Shown one piece after another: positions 37,146 through 50,409 of a stretch of 53,728 nt of DNA. This DNA is from Octopus bimaculoides (taxonomy: Eukaryota), in NCBI RefSeq assembly GCF_001194135.2, contig NC_068989.1, positions 73,551,790 to 73,605,517 of the forward strand, in the 5' to 3' direction. The stretch's first letter is position 1. Each line of letters opens with the position of its first letter. The notes below the pieces were generated by a model, which saw only the letters and a list, made by a program, of their open reading frames with translations, was not told where the DNA came from and did not search any database. The position numbers and the translations under genes are program-made.

Positions 37146-38204
37146 GCATGTGTTTGCATGTGTGTGAGGGTTACCTTTTGCTAATATACACCAATGAAGA
37201 ATATAAAAATTGTCTTGATAAAATAAAAGAAAAGCAGTGCTTTAGAACAAGATCTGTTACTCTACTTGACATCCTATTGTCATTCATGCTGCCAGAAATG
37301 TAGTGATTGACCTGTTATATAGTATATAACGAACTAGACCATCAGAACCGTCAATAATTACAGTAGGTGTTTTACTAAACTTTGTGATAATTACAGCATT
37401 TAGGTTTGTATGTATGAATATTCAATTTTTTCCCATTGAAGGTATTGTTGAAAATTGTACATGGTGAAAGTTGCTAATGAGAATATGAAGTTGTAAATAA
37501 AAATGCTAAAATAACAGGAAAATAAGAAAATTATATTTATCACTCCCCAAATATTATACAGGTTTGATTACTTTTAATATGTACAACATTTTGTAATCAA
37601 TGATTCACTTGTTATTCTATATCATGTTATTTTCTACAATAAATGCTCTACCTAATTTCACAAAAGCCATACGTGTCTCTGTATTCAAAATTGTCAATAT
37701 ATACATATCTGCACTTGGGTACATGATCTTACAAACAGGTTACATATATTTTCTAAAAGTTTTCAAGGAGCAGCAAGTGTAGGTTATTCAAAAGCTGCAC
37801 ATTTACCACACATTTGACACATTTCATGCAAAAAAATACAAATGTATATAAAAGGCATTATTATTATTGAAATTCAACTGCAAAATTTCTGAAGAGTAAT
37901 ATTTCTGGTATAGACACGAGGAGGCAGCAATACACCTTGGTCTTCTGTGATTTCAAATTGTTTGTTTTCTTTTTGTATATGAAGCAAGAAATACATGCGT
38001 GTAATGTAATAAGTAAATAGATTAATGTTGAATTCATGATACCACTCATTGAGTTGAATAGAAAAGATAATATTGAAATATAATAGAATATATGAAGTAG
38101 AATAATTGATAGTGGAGTAAGTGTGTATACAAATTCATATAGCATATTAAATATATATTAATGACACCACAGCGAATTATATATTGTATGATATACATAT
38201 ATAT

Positions 38205-38238
<34 letters not shown>

Positions 38239-39207
38239 NNNNNNNNNNNNNNNNNNNNNNNNNNNNNNNNNNNNNNNNNNNNNNNNNNNNNNNNNNNNNN
38301 NNNNNNNNNNNNNNNNNNNNNNNNNNNNNNNNNNNNNNNNNNNNNNNNNNNNNNNNNNNNNNNNNNNNNNNNNNNNNNNNNNNNNNNNNNNNNNNNNNNN
38401 NNNNNNNNNNNNNNNNNNNNNNNNNNNNNNNNNNNNNNNNNNNNNNNNNNNNNNNNNNNNNNNNNNNNNNNNNNNNNNNNNNNNNNNNNNNNNNNNNNNN
38501 NNNNNNNNNNNNNNNNNNNNNNNNNNNNNNNNNNNNNNNNNNNNNNNNNNNNNNNNNNNNNNNNNNNNNNNNNNNNNNNNNNNNNNNNNNNNNNNNNNNN
38601 NNNNNNNNNNNNNNNNNNNNNNNNNNNNNNNNNNNNNNNNNNNNNNNNNNNNNNNNNNNNNNNNNNNNNNNNNNNNNNNNNNNNNNNNNNNNNNNNNNNN
38701 NNNNNNNNNNNNNNNNNNNNNNNNNNNNNNNNNNNNNNNNNNNNNNNNNNNNNNNNNNNNNNNNNNNNNNNNNNNNNNNNNNNNNNNNNNNNNNNNNNNN
38801 NNNNNNNNNNNNNNNNNNNNNNNNNNNNNNNNNNNNNNNNNNNNNNNNNNNNNNNNNNNNNNNNNNNNNNNNNNNNNNNNNNNNNNNNNNNNNNNNNNNN
38901 NNNNNNNNNNNNNNNNNNNNNNNNNNNNNNNNNNNNNNNNNNNNNNNNNNNNNNNNNNNNNNNNNNNNNNNNNNNNNNNNNNNNNNNNNNNNNNNNNNNN
39001 NNNNNNNNNNNNNNNNNNNNNNNNNNNNNNNNNNNNNNNNNNNNNNNNNNNNNNNNNNNNNNNNNNNNNNNNNNNNNNNNNNNNNNNNNNNNNNNNNNNN
39101 NNNNNNNNNNNNNNNNNNNNNNNNNNNNNNNNNNNNNNNNNNNNNNNNNNNNNNNNNNNNNNNNNNNNNNNNNNNNNNNNNNNNNNNNNNNNNNNNNNNN
39201 NNNNNTG

Positions 39208-39536
39208 GCATTTGTGCCGGTGGCACATGTAAAGACATTCGAGCGAGGTCATTGCCAGTGCCGCTGGACTGGCTCCTGTGCAGGTGGCACGTAAAATACA
39301 GTATTTCGAGCATGGCAGTTGCCAGTACTGCCTGACTGGCCTTTGTGCTGGTGGCACGTAAAAGCACCCACTACACTCTCGGAGTGGTTGGCGTTAGGAA
39401 GGGCATCCAGCTGTAGAAACTCTGCCAAATCAGATTGGAGCCTGGTGTAGCCATCTGGTTTCACCAGTCCTCAGTCAAATCGTCCAACCCATGCTAGCAT
39501 GGAAAGCGGACATTAAATGATGAGGATGATGATGGT
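39208..39536 (+). mobile_element. RTE-related 3'UTR copy (5' part in gap)
   Basis: Near-identical to 15560-15861. Confidence 0.75.
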
Positions 39537-40469
39537 GATAATATATATATAGCTATGATATATTTTGTTAAGAACGTAGTAGAGTACAGTATAAAGCTCG
39601 TCCACCTTCAGATCTCATTGTGTGCTATCCCATAGTAGTATTATACGTACTTCCAGGTTTGCGTTTGAGCTTCTGTCATGAATGAATAAATAATTGAAAA
39701 AATTGGAGTCAGCAAGGAGGAATACGGCTGGACATTTATTTTGCATAGAAACAGTTGTAGTGATTGAAAATAAATGTTCAACCATACTCCTTGTTGACTC
39801 CAATTTTTTCACTTATGTGTGTGTGTGTGTGCACACACACACATATTGATTAGATAGAAAAGAAGATTAATTTGATCTTCAGAACATGAAAAAAATAGTT
39901 GAGCATTATGAGAAAAAGAAAATAGCAAAATGAACTTTTGATACAAAAACATAAACAAAGTGACTCCAGGCCGTGTTGAATAATTTAGAAAATAAATCTT
40001 ATAAAGGAGGACAAATTCCTCAAGAGCCACAAAGGATTAAGTGTCATGTTAATAACACCTAGAAGGAGGTGGTTTTTCCATTCACCAAAGGGAATGGAGG
40101 AGCTTTGGCCAGAAGGAACTAATGTCAACAGAAGGTATCCAACATTCATCAGGTGTTTCGATCCTGAACCATAACACCCTCCCATTGGTGGGTCAGCATA
40201 GGTGGCCAAGTCACAGCTCCTCATCTCCTCCAGGCTTCCAGCTGAACTCATGCAGTTAAGATACTATGCAGATGACTGAATTTGGGACCATGTAGTTGGG
40301 AAGCAAACTTCTTAACCATGCAGCCATTCCTATTATTATTATTAGCTCTAAAGAAACACCCATCCATGTTACCATGTAGTGAACTGAGCCCAAAAACTCA
40401 TGGCTGCAAAGTGAAATTCTTAACCACAAAACCATGCCTTAACTCCTACTCCTCTTCATCATCATCATT

Positions 40470-41140
40470 AAGGTGGTGCGCTGGTAGAATCATTAACATA
40501 CCAGGCAAAATGCTTAGCGGCATTTCATCCACCTTTACATTCTGAGTTCAAATTCTGCCAGGGTTGACTTTGCCTTTTATCCTTTCAGGGTCAATAAATT
40601 AAGTACCAGTGAAACGTCAGGGTCAGTATAATCAACTAGTCCCCTCCCCCAAAATTTCAGGTCTTGTGCCTCTAGTGGAAAGGATTATTATTATTATCAA
40701 GGTGGCAGAATAATTATTATGCCAGGCAAAGTACTAAGTGACATTTTTTCCAACATTACATTCTGAGATCAAATCTGCCAGGGTCAACTTCACCTTTCAT
40801 CCTTTCAGGGCTGATAAAATAAACACCAGTTAAGCACTGGGGTTGATGTAATTGATTTACCCCTCCCCACAAATTGCTATTTTTGTGCCAAACTTTGAAG
40901 GCATTATTAAGGTAATGAGTTGGCGGAATCGTTATTGTGCCAGACAAAATGATCAGCTGCATTATTTCTGACTTTACATTCTGACTTCAAATGCAGCTGG
41001 GCTCAACTTTGCTTTTCATTCTTTCAGGGTTGATAAAATCATTGAAATAGGTACCAGTTAAACACTGGGGTTGATGTAATCAATTAGCCCCCCCCCCCAT
41101 CCGAAAATGCTGGCCTTGTGCCTATAGATGAAAAGATTAC
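40470..41140 (+). mobile_element. Three consecutive family B SINEs; two more at about 51520-51890
   Basis: Head-to-tail copies separated only by attattatt tails. Confidence 0.75.
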
Positions 41141-42425
41141 TATTAGCTGTAAAGTATCGGTGACATTTGGGTCTTTAGATTTGTTTGTGTGACATTCTTG
41201 GTTAAATCCCCTCCCTGTACTCATTTAATTATCTTTCCCCTTTTACTGCTACACATTTTCCCCCCGGAGACCTGGAGACATTGTGTGACAAATTTCCAGA
41301 TTCACACATTAGCTGTATTGATCTCACTCATCACAGAATCTCCNNNNNNNNNNNNNNNNNNNNNNNNNNNNNNNNNNNNNNNNNNNNNNNNNNNNNNNNN
41401 NNNNNNNNNNNNNNNNNNNNNNNNNNNNNNNNNNNNNNNNNNNNNNNNNNNNNNNNNNNNNNNNNNNNNNNNNNNNNNNNNNNNNNNNNNNNNNNNNNNN
41501 NNNNNNNNNNNNNNNNNNNNNNNNNNNNNNNNNNNNNNNNNNNNNNNNNNNNNNNNNNNNNNNNNNNNNNNNNNNNNNNNNNNNNNNNNNNNNNNNNNNN
41601 NNNNNNNNNNNNNNNNNNNNNNNNNNNNNNNNNNNNNNNNNNNNNNNNNNNNNNNNNNNNNNNNNNNNNNNNAGTTTGTAAGGCAGCGAGCTGGCAGAAA
41701 CGTTAGCACGCTGGGCGAAATGCTTAGTAGTATCTCGTCTGACGCTATGTTCTGAGTTCAAATTCCGCCGAGGTCGAGTTTGCCTTTCATCCTTTTCGGG
41801 GTCGATTAAATAAGTACCTGTTACGCACTGGGGGTCGATATAATCGACTTAATCTGTTTGTCTGTCCTTGTTTGTCCCCTCTGTGTGTAGCCCCTTGTGG
41901 GTAGTAAAGAAATAACACAATGTTTGTAGAAAGAAACATACAAATATATATTTTTTTCAAATTATGAACATAAATTGAAGCAGAAGTGAATACATATTCT
42001 TTCCCCACCCTACCAACAGATCCCCTGCCTTACGGACACACACACACAGGAAATCATTCACATATCAACATGCATTCATACATTCACACAAATGCACCAC
42101 CTCCACAGGGCGTATATATGTATAATGTGTACATATGTGTATCTATACACACACGCACACACAAAATATGTATTTATTTATATATATATGCATGTATATA
42201 AATATATATACCTGCATATATACATACATACATATATATGTATGTATATGTATGCATGCATGTATGTATGCATATATGTATATATGTGTATGCTTACACA
42301 CATGCTCACACACATTCTTGGGGTTGTGTACATTTTTCACATACATACATACATACACATAGAATGAAAGCAGCTGTGAGGTTTCATACATTACCTCTGT
42401 TGTAGTTGATTCTCCTACCACACAT

Positions 42426-42514
<89 letters not shown>

Positions 42515-43320
42515 TTCTCTCTCCTTTAATTTTCCTCAATTACCTGACACTCTACCCCCACCCCCTTCACCACCACCTTCACCTACCCACCATGAAAGTA
42601 CCCCACCTCCCCTCTGAACCTGTTGAGTCAACAGACTGCACAGACTAGGGTGGCAGCTCCCTAAGTGAAGGGTAAAGACAACAGCTGGTGATGCCATGTT
42701 TGTAACAATTTCTTACATGTTAAATGTGATACCATCTCTATAAGTGTGTGGGCCTTGTTTGTTTTCTTCTTCCGAGTTCTCTCAGAGGAGGAAAAGCAGC
42801 GTCCATAAACATTTTTAGTCCTGTCTTCCTGGAGACAAGTGGCAGGAAAACAGGAAGTTATTCTCTGAAACGAGACACATACACATTCATATATATATAA
42901 GAGTGGCTGTGTGGTAAGTAGCTTGCTTACCAACCACATGGTTCCCGGTNNNNNNNNNNNNNNNNNNNNNNNNNNNNNNNNNNNNNNNNNNNNNNNNNNN
43001 NNNNNNNNNNNNNNNNNNNNNNNNNNNNNNNNNNNNNNNNNNNNNNNNNNNNNNNNNNNNNNNNNNNNNNNNNNNNNNNNNNNNNNNNNNNNNNNNNNNN
43101 NNNNNNNNNNNNNNNNNNNNNNNNNNNNNNNNNNNNNNNNNNNNNNNNNNNNNNNNNNNNNNNNNNNNNNNNNNNNNNNNNNNNNNNNNNNNNNNNNNNN
43201 NNNNNNNNNNNNNNNNNNNNNNNNNNNNNNNNNNNNNNNNNNNNNNNNNNNNNNNNNNNNNNNNNNNNNNNNNNNNNNNNNNNNNNNNNNNNNNNNNNNN
43301 NNNNNNNNNNNNNNNNNNNN

Positions 43321-43444
43321 CAGGGTGTCCAGCAAGTCTGGGTACATGGGGATTAACACATACTTTAAGAAATTATTTCTTATATCTAATTGTTTACGCT
43401 ATGATTTTATTTACTCCATGTACCCAGACTTTGTGGACACTCTG
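43321..43444. mobile_element. Tc1/mariner-type MITE, 124 bp
   Basis: About 30-bp TIRs CAGGGTGTCCAGCAAGTCTGGGTACATGG / CCATGTACCCAGACTTTGTGGACACTCTG, followed by TA. The left flank is an N gap. Confidence 0.7.
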
Positions 43445-44304
43445 TATATACACACACACACATACATATATACATACATACATACATACATACATACATA
43501 CATACATGCATACATACATATATGCTTGTTTATTACACATACCATCATGAAAATACACACGTTATGTTTGTCATCATCATCATTTAACATTTGCTTTCCA
43601 TGCTGGCATGGGTTGGGTGTCGAGCTTCACGTGTGTGTGTGTGTATATGTGCATTTGTATATAAGTGTCTTCATGTGAGTGTTTGTGTGTGTATATATGT
43701 ATATATATATGTGTGTTTGTATATAAGTGAGTGTGTGTGTGTGCATATATGTATATGTGTGTATTTGTATGTGTGTGTGAGTGTGATGTTGATGCCATTG
43801 ATACAGACTGAATGAAAACTGAGAATGTTAGAATTTGTTGCATCCCACATAATTATTGCATTAGGTTATTTGATAAAGTTCATTCACAAATATCTGACTT
43901 ATCCTGTACATGCACGTAGACACACATTCATTTGAATTAACAAGTTGGCTGTGAACTGCATTCACAAGAGTGAGAGAAATACTCCTGATATATAAAAGAA
44001 GGACACAAGTGGGGCTCAGAATTCACAACAGCTGTTTCGGTAGCATTTTGTACCTATGTATATATGTATATGTCTATTCGTTTATTATTTTACTTGTTTC
44101 AATCATTTGATTGTGGCCATGCTGGAGCACTGCCTTGATGGGTTTTAGTCACACAAATCAACCCCAGAATTTATTATTATTTTTTCTTTGAAGTCTAGTA
44201 CTTATTCTATCAGCCTCTTTTGCTGAACTGCTAAGTTATAGGGACCTAAACACACCAACACTGGTTCTCAAGCAGTAATGGGGGAACAAACAGACAAAAA
44301 CATG

Positions 44305-44350
<46 letters not shown>

Positions 44351-45105
44351 NNNNNNNNNNNNNNNNNNNNNNNNNNNNNNNNNNNNNNNNNNNNNNNNNN
44401 NNNNNNNNNNNNNNNNNNNNNNNNNNNNNNNNNNNNNNNNNNNNNNNNNNNNNNNNNNNNNNNNNNNNNNNNNNNNNNNNNNNNNNNNNNNNNNNNNNNN
44501 NNNNNNNNNNNNNNNNNNNNNNNNNNNNNNNNNNNNNNNNNNNNNNNNNNNNNNNNNNNNNNNNNNNNNNNNNNNNNNNNNNNNNNNNNNNNNNNNNNNN
44601 NNNNNNNNNNNNNNNNNNNNNNNNNNNNNNNNNNNNNNNNNNNNNNNNNNNNNNNNNNNNNNNNNNNNNNNNNNNNNNNNNNNNNNNNNNNNNNNNNNNN
44701 NNNNNNNNNNNNNNNNNNNNNNNNNNNNNNNNNNNNNNNNNNNNNNNNNNNNNNNNNNNNNNNNNNNNNNNNNNNNNNNNNNNNNNNNNNNNNNNNNNNN
44801 NNNNNNNNNNNNNNNNNNNNNNNNNNNNNNNNNNNNNNNNNNNNNNNNNNNNNNNNNNNNNNNNNNNNNNNNNNNNNNNNNNNNNNNNNNNNNNNNNNNN
44901 NNNNNNNNNNNNNNNNNNNNNNNNNNNNNNNNNNNNNNNNNNNNNNNNNNNNNNNNNNNNNNNNNNNNNNNNNNNNNNNNNNNNNNNNNNNNNNNNNNNN
45001 NNNNNNNNNNNNNNNNNNNNNNNNNNNNNNNNNNNNNNNNNNNNNNNNNNNNNNNNNNNNNNNNNNNNNNNNNNNNNNNNNNNNNNNNNNNNNNNNNNNN
45101 NNNNN

Positions 45106-45362
45106 TGTCTCTCTTGCACACCACAACTGATGCTTCTAATGTTCAGCTTTTCTCTCAAGATACTTACACTCTGACGGGTATTCACATTGACATTACACAT
45201 CCAACGGAGCATACTGGCTTCATTCCTTGCGAGCTTACGTATGTCCTCAGCAGTTACAGCCCATGTTTCACTGCCATGTAGCATGGCTGTTTGTACGCAT
45301 GCGTCATACAGTCTGCTTTTTACTCTGAGTGAGAGTCCTTTTGTCGCCAGCAGGGGTAAGAG

Positions 45363-45369
<7 letters not shown>
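45106..45369 (-). mobile_element. RTE-clade LINE ORF fragment (region C-terminal to the RT core), 5'-truncated, running into an N gap
   Basis: Open frame RELLPLLATKGLSLRVKSRLYDACVQTAMLHGSETWAVTAEDIRKLARNEASMLRWMCNV...LREKLNIRSI. The L(Y/H)GSETW...LRWM motif is typical of RTE/BovB-like elements. Confidence 0.85.
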
Positions 45370-45416
<47 letters not shown>

Positions 45417-45638
45417 TGGAATCTTAATAATGGATTTACAAATGCAATGAGCAATTTTAAAGACAATTGAATTTTACTCACAAGGTATTGGAATCATATA
45501 TGTATACCATTCTGCCTAAACAATGGATTTACAAATACAATATCCTTGCATATCTCACATCTATTTTCATTCCTCCAATTCACTCTCTATTTCCTATCTT
45601 ATCTAAATTAACTATTGCTTAACCATCCTCTCACACCC

Positions 45639-45684
45639 TCTCGGATGAAGGGATATAATAAATATCCTGGAAACAGCTGTAAAA
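45639..45684 (+). ncRNA. Hammerhead motif, decayed (U4 to G), in a probable Penelope-like 3' remnant (about 45420-45760)
   Basis: tct-CGGATGA-a-gggata(taataaa)tatcct-g-GAAA-cagctg-TA-aaa. Palindromic helix III ACAGCTGT. Confidence 0.55.
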
Positions 45685-46105
45685 CCTTCTATTTATAAAT
45701 GTTCTAAAATATACACAGCCTTGGTTTTTTTTTATCTCATTACGAAAAGTAAATCCTTATATATGTATATGTATATGTTTTTGTGTCTGTGTTTGTCCCC
45801 CCACCATTGCTATGCTGGTGTGTTTACATCCCTGTAACTTAGTGGTTTGGCAAAAGTGACTGATAGAATAAGGCTTACAAAGAATAAGTCCTGGGGTCGT
45901 TTTATTCGACTAAAGACGGTGCTCCAGCATGGCTGCCGTCAAATGACTGAAACAAGTAAAAGAATAAAAGAATATAAATGATGGGCTTCTTTCAGTTTCC
46001 GTCTAACAGATCCACTCAAAAGGCTTCTTAGTGTAGTTACTGCTTTCATCTCTTATAGAGATTTTCCAACTAGCTAATTTGCTTGTTGCAAAACCAGTAA
46101 TTGGG

Positions 46106-46343
46106 TGTCACTTATTTTCTATATATTGCAAGCTGGAATGAACTACTGCTATCTCTAGCAGACAAGCATCCACCACTGAGGATGAGCACAAAGCGCTCAA
46201 AACTATACGCTCTGGTGGTCGCGTGGTTGGAAGATGGTAGGGGTTTCACTCCCCTGCTTGCAATATATATTGGGTGCAGATTGCATTGAATAACCAGCTG
46301 GAGGTGGCATCCTCCTGGGGTTTAAAAGGCAGTAATGTCAGTT
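46106..46343 (+). repeat. About 240-bp unclassified repeat; inverted second copy at 48116-48356
   Basis: Shared blocks in opposite orientation: ctgctagagatagcag, ccccaggagga, ctccagctggttat, tatatattgcaagcag, acccctaccatcttc. Confidence 0.75.
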
Positions 46344-46928
46344 GTTATAGTACAGCTATGTTGAAGTGGCGATACGTACATACATGTACACGCACACACA
46401 CATACATACATACATACGTACATACCAGTGTGTGTAGAAATCATCATCCTCATCATTTACGATCCAGCTTCCATGCTGGCCTGTGTTGAACAATTTAACT
46501 GGATCTGATGTGCCAGAGTACAATGTCCAACTACAATGCCAGCTTCAGCATGGCTTCTATGGCTGGATGCCCTTCCTAATGCCAACCATTTTACTTTTGC
46601 ACTGGGTATTTTTTTGTGGTACCAACACGGGTAAGGTTACTGCATGACTTACAAGACAAGATGCCTTTGACTGGGTGAAGATGCAGTATTAATAAGTAAA
46701 TTAGCTTTATGCCTGGTGTTGAGCAGCTAAATTATGCTAGAAGAACAGGAACAGGTGTCTTGCCTTGAGAGGAGATGATGACTATCCTGGCTGGAGAAAA
46801 AATGAGGTTGCTAAGGTGGTATCAGGACACACATTCAAAGACACACACACACATTTATATAAACATGTTTATCTCTTGAGTTGCTCTATGCTCCATGATT
46901 GACAAGTATTGACAGTAGGTTTATATTG

Positions 46929-46968
<40 letters not shown>

Positions 46969-47015
46969 CGTGTGTGTGTGTGTGCGTGTGAAAATGCATG
47001 CCATAATGTCATACC

Positions 47016-47430
47016 GTTGTTGTTGGCACTCCGTTGCTTACGACGTNNNNNNNNNNNNNNNNNNNNNNNNNNNNNNNNNNNNNNNNNNNNNNNNNNNNNN
47101 NNNNNNNNNNNNNNNNNNNNNNNNNNNNNNNNNNNNNNNNNNNNNNNNNNNNNNNNNNACCCTTAACGTAGTTCTCAGGGATATTCAGCGTGACACAGTG
47201 TGACAAGGCTGACCCTTTGAATTACAGGCACAACAGAAACAGGAAGTAAGAGTGAGAGAAAGTTGTGGTGAAAGAGTACAGCAGGGTTCGCCACCATCCC
47301 CTGCCGGAGCCTCGTGGAGCTTTAGGTGTTTTCGCTCAATAAACACTCACAACGCCCGGTCTGGGAATCGAAACCGCGATCCTATGACCGCGAGTCCGCT
47401 GCCCTAACCACTGGGCCATTGCGCCTCCAC
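47016..47430 (-). mobile_element. SINE family C, long-tail variant, young (spans a gap)
   Basis: 11-bp TSD AATGTCATACC at 47005-47015 and 47431-47441. CpGs are intact and the tail ends in (AAC)n on the minus strand. Confidence 0.9.
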
Positions 47431-48404
47431 AATGTCATACCACACAATATTGATTCATCCACTCTTCAGGTTGGCTGTTTACAAAAGTAAAGGAAAGAAA
47501 ATTTTCTTAGTGGCCCTGTATTTATCCTTTAGCAGTATATAATTACAATAATAGACATTTTTAAAAATTTGCAGGGATTTGTGTGTGTCTGCACATGATG
47601 TGGTGTCTTTTAGTATTAAGCTGTTATCATTTCATTTAAAACAAAATCAGCAATAACAACAACAACAACAACAGAAAAACATTATATCTTTGGCATTGTA
47701 CACCTATGCAATTAAACTTTAAAAATGTGCCCACAGAGTTACGTTTGTTAATTATAACCATATAATTATTCCTAAATGTAATTATAACTAAATATATAAC
47801 TATAATCTGTCAAGATGTTGAAATTCTGACATGAAGGTTATGAGTTCAAACCATTTTCTTTCTTATTAAACAACTAATTTGTTTATCTCTGTGTTTTTAT
47901 GACCCTAAGGATAAATGCACAGCATTCTTCTGACTCCACATCATAGATCTAACCAATGTTAAGCCACTTACATTGGCTTGCTTGCTGAATAAAATATTTC
48001 GCAGCTGAGTGGTTTAATGTTAAGGAGAGTTCAACAGTTGTTATAATTGAATAAGGAAAACTTAATAAACTCAGAAGTAACGTTTATCACTACATCAATG
48101 TGGCTGTTCTGCAGGAACTGATGTTACTACCATTTTTAACCCCAGGAGGAGCCTCCTCCAGCTGGTTATCAATGTAATATTCACCCAGTATATATTGCAA
48201 GCAGAAGACTGAACCCCTACCATCTTCTAGCATATGATGGGACCACGTGACCATACAGTTTAGGGCTATTTGTGTCCATCCTTAATGGTGGACACCCGTC
48301 TGCTAGAGATAGCAGTAATCCACTCCAGCTCACAATATATAGAAAGATAAGTGACAATCAGTCACTGATCTTGCAACACGCAAAGTAACTAGTTAGAAAA
48401 TCTC

Positions 48405-48712
48405 ACAGGAGTGGCTGTGTTGTAAGTAGCTTGCTTACCAACCACATGGTTCTGGGTTCAGTCCCACTGAGTAGCACCTTGGGCAAGTGTCTTCTATAGC
48501 CTTGGGCCGACCAAAGCCTTGTGAATAGATTTGGTAGACAGAAACTGAAAAAAGCTCATCACATATATATATTTATATGTTTGTGTTTGTCCTACCACCA
48601 TTGCTTGACAAAAGAGACCGATACAATGAATAAGTCCTGGAGTCGATTTGTTCGACTAAAGGTAGTGCTCCAGCATGGCCGTAGTCAAATGACTGAAACA
48701 AATAGAATAAGA
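48405..48712 (+). mobile_element. SINE family A with internal deletion. 3' halves also at about 10960-11065-, 44075-44300- and 45775-45975+
   Basis: Same head and same gctccagcatggcc..agtcaaatgactgaaacaa tail. Confidence 0.75.
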
Positions 48713-49104
48713 GATGAAAGTAATGCTTTATAAATAATGGAATTGAAGCTAATCATCTTGGTTGTCTTTCAAGTATAAATCTGTAGATGTGTGTAAACTC
48801 ATGTTAATTTGATGTTGGTTATATATTCATGATGCTTGAATGAGGAGAGGAGATTGTAAGTTTTCTGTCAGCATGCTCTCTTCCCCATGGCTGGACATGA
48901 TTCTCATGGAAGATTTTAAATGAACGATGTTGCTTTTATGATAGTTACACTTGTTTACAAACATCAAGTGATGCCAAGACAATGGGATGTGTACACATAC
49001 ATATACACACATATTTATACATACATACAAACACATGTACACTCATATTCATACACACAAGAATACACACACACATAGAAGATGGGCTTCTTTCACTTTT
49101 CATT

Positions 49105-49466
49105 TACCGTGATGGCACCTGTGCCCAGTGTTGCCTTCCTGGCACTTGTGCTGGTGGCACGTGTAAAGACATTCGAGCGAGATCATTGCCAGTGCCGCTG
49201 GACTGGCTCCTGTGCAGGTGGCATGTAAATACACCATTTTGAGCATGGCCGTTGCCAGTACCGCCTGACTGGCCTTCGTGCCGATGGCACGTAAAAGCAC
49301 CCACTACACTCTTGGAGTTGTTGGCGTTAGGAAGGACATCCAGCTGTAGAAACTCTGCCAAATCAGATTGGAGCCTGGTGTAGCCATCTGGTTCACCAGT
49401 CCTCGTCAAATCGTCCAACCCATGCTAGCATGGAAAGCGGACGTTAAACGATGATGATGATGATGA
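49105..49466 (+). mobile_element. RTE-related 3'UTR copy, 5'-truncated
   Basis: Near-identical to 15530-15861; ends in (GAT)n. Confidence 0.75.
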
Positions 49467-50376
49467 CTAACAAGGTTTGGTCAGCATGGTTCTGCAGTAG
49501 AAGGCACTTGCCCAAGATGCAGTGGGCCTGAGCCTGAACCACACATCTAGGAAACAAAGCCATGTAATGAGTATATAAAAGTTCCTAATACTATAATGAA
49601 TGAAAGGGGGCTGAGGACAGAGAACTGGGGACCATCTATTTGTACATAAAATTCTTAACTGAATTTACTGCAAAAGTAACCTTTAATGACTTGTACACTT
49701 CTCACAACCTATCAAGATCAAGTTTTCCTTTGCTATCATTTAACTTCAGAGTAAAGTACCCTATGAAAGACCTTCTCCAGATAAACAAATGCAAGCAGAG
49801 TGGTTTGTTTTAAGCTAAGAACTTCTCTTGTAGTTATTTCACTAGGAATGAACATAATATTTGTGGTCTCACAGTTTGGCACTCATCCAAATTCCATCAA
49901 ACCCACATTAACTCTAACCTAAACTTGCTTTGCTAAAACTTTCCTCCACTCTCTTTCTTCCTCTCATGCATGAACTCCCTCACTCATTCCCCTCCTTGGT
50001 TGTTCATGTGTTTGTGTTTGTGTATGGGTACAGTTGCTTTGTGTACATTTACATGGAGTTCAAATCCGTATCTAGCATGGATTATGTATAAGATTTAAAG
50101 TGCATTCTTTCATATTGTTGCTGCTGCCTCCTTATGATACCACATATACATGAGATCATAGTTGTTGGTGTAGATTTACAGCTATCACACAAACAAATAC
50201 ACCCAAACACTCTCTTTCTCTCTCTCTCTCCCTCACACACACAAGTACATACGTACTTAAAAATTTACACAAACGTGCTTAAAAACACTAATACATACAC
50301 TCAGAAACACAGTCTCATGCAATCACATGCATACACACACAAATACACTCACAAATTCAAATACATGCCCAAACTC

Positions 50377-50409
<33 letters not shown>

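Noticed and set aside
36302-39367. ORFs of 237-399 aa (also 41189-41761, 42661-43678, 44236-45174)
   Set aside because: Length comes from N runs translated as X.
44022-44040. Minus-strand GAAACAGCTGTT half-hammerhead
   Set aside because: The CTGANGA half and stem II are absent.
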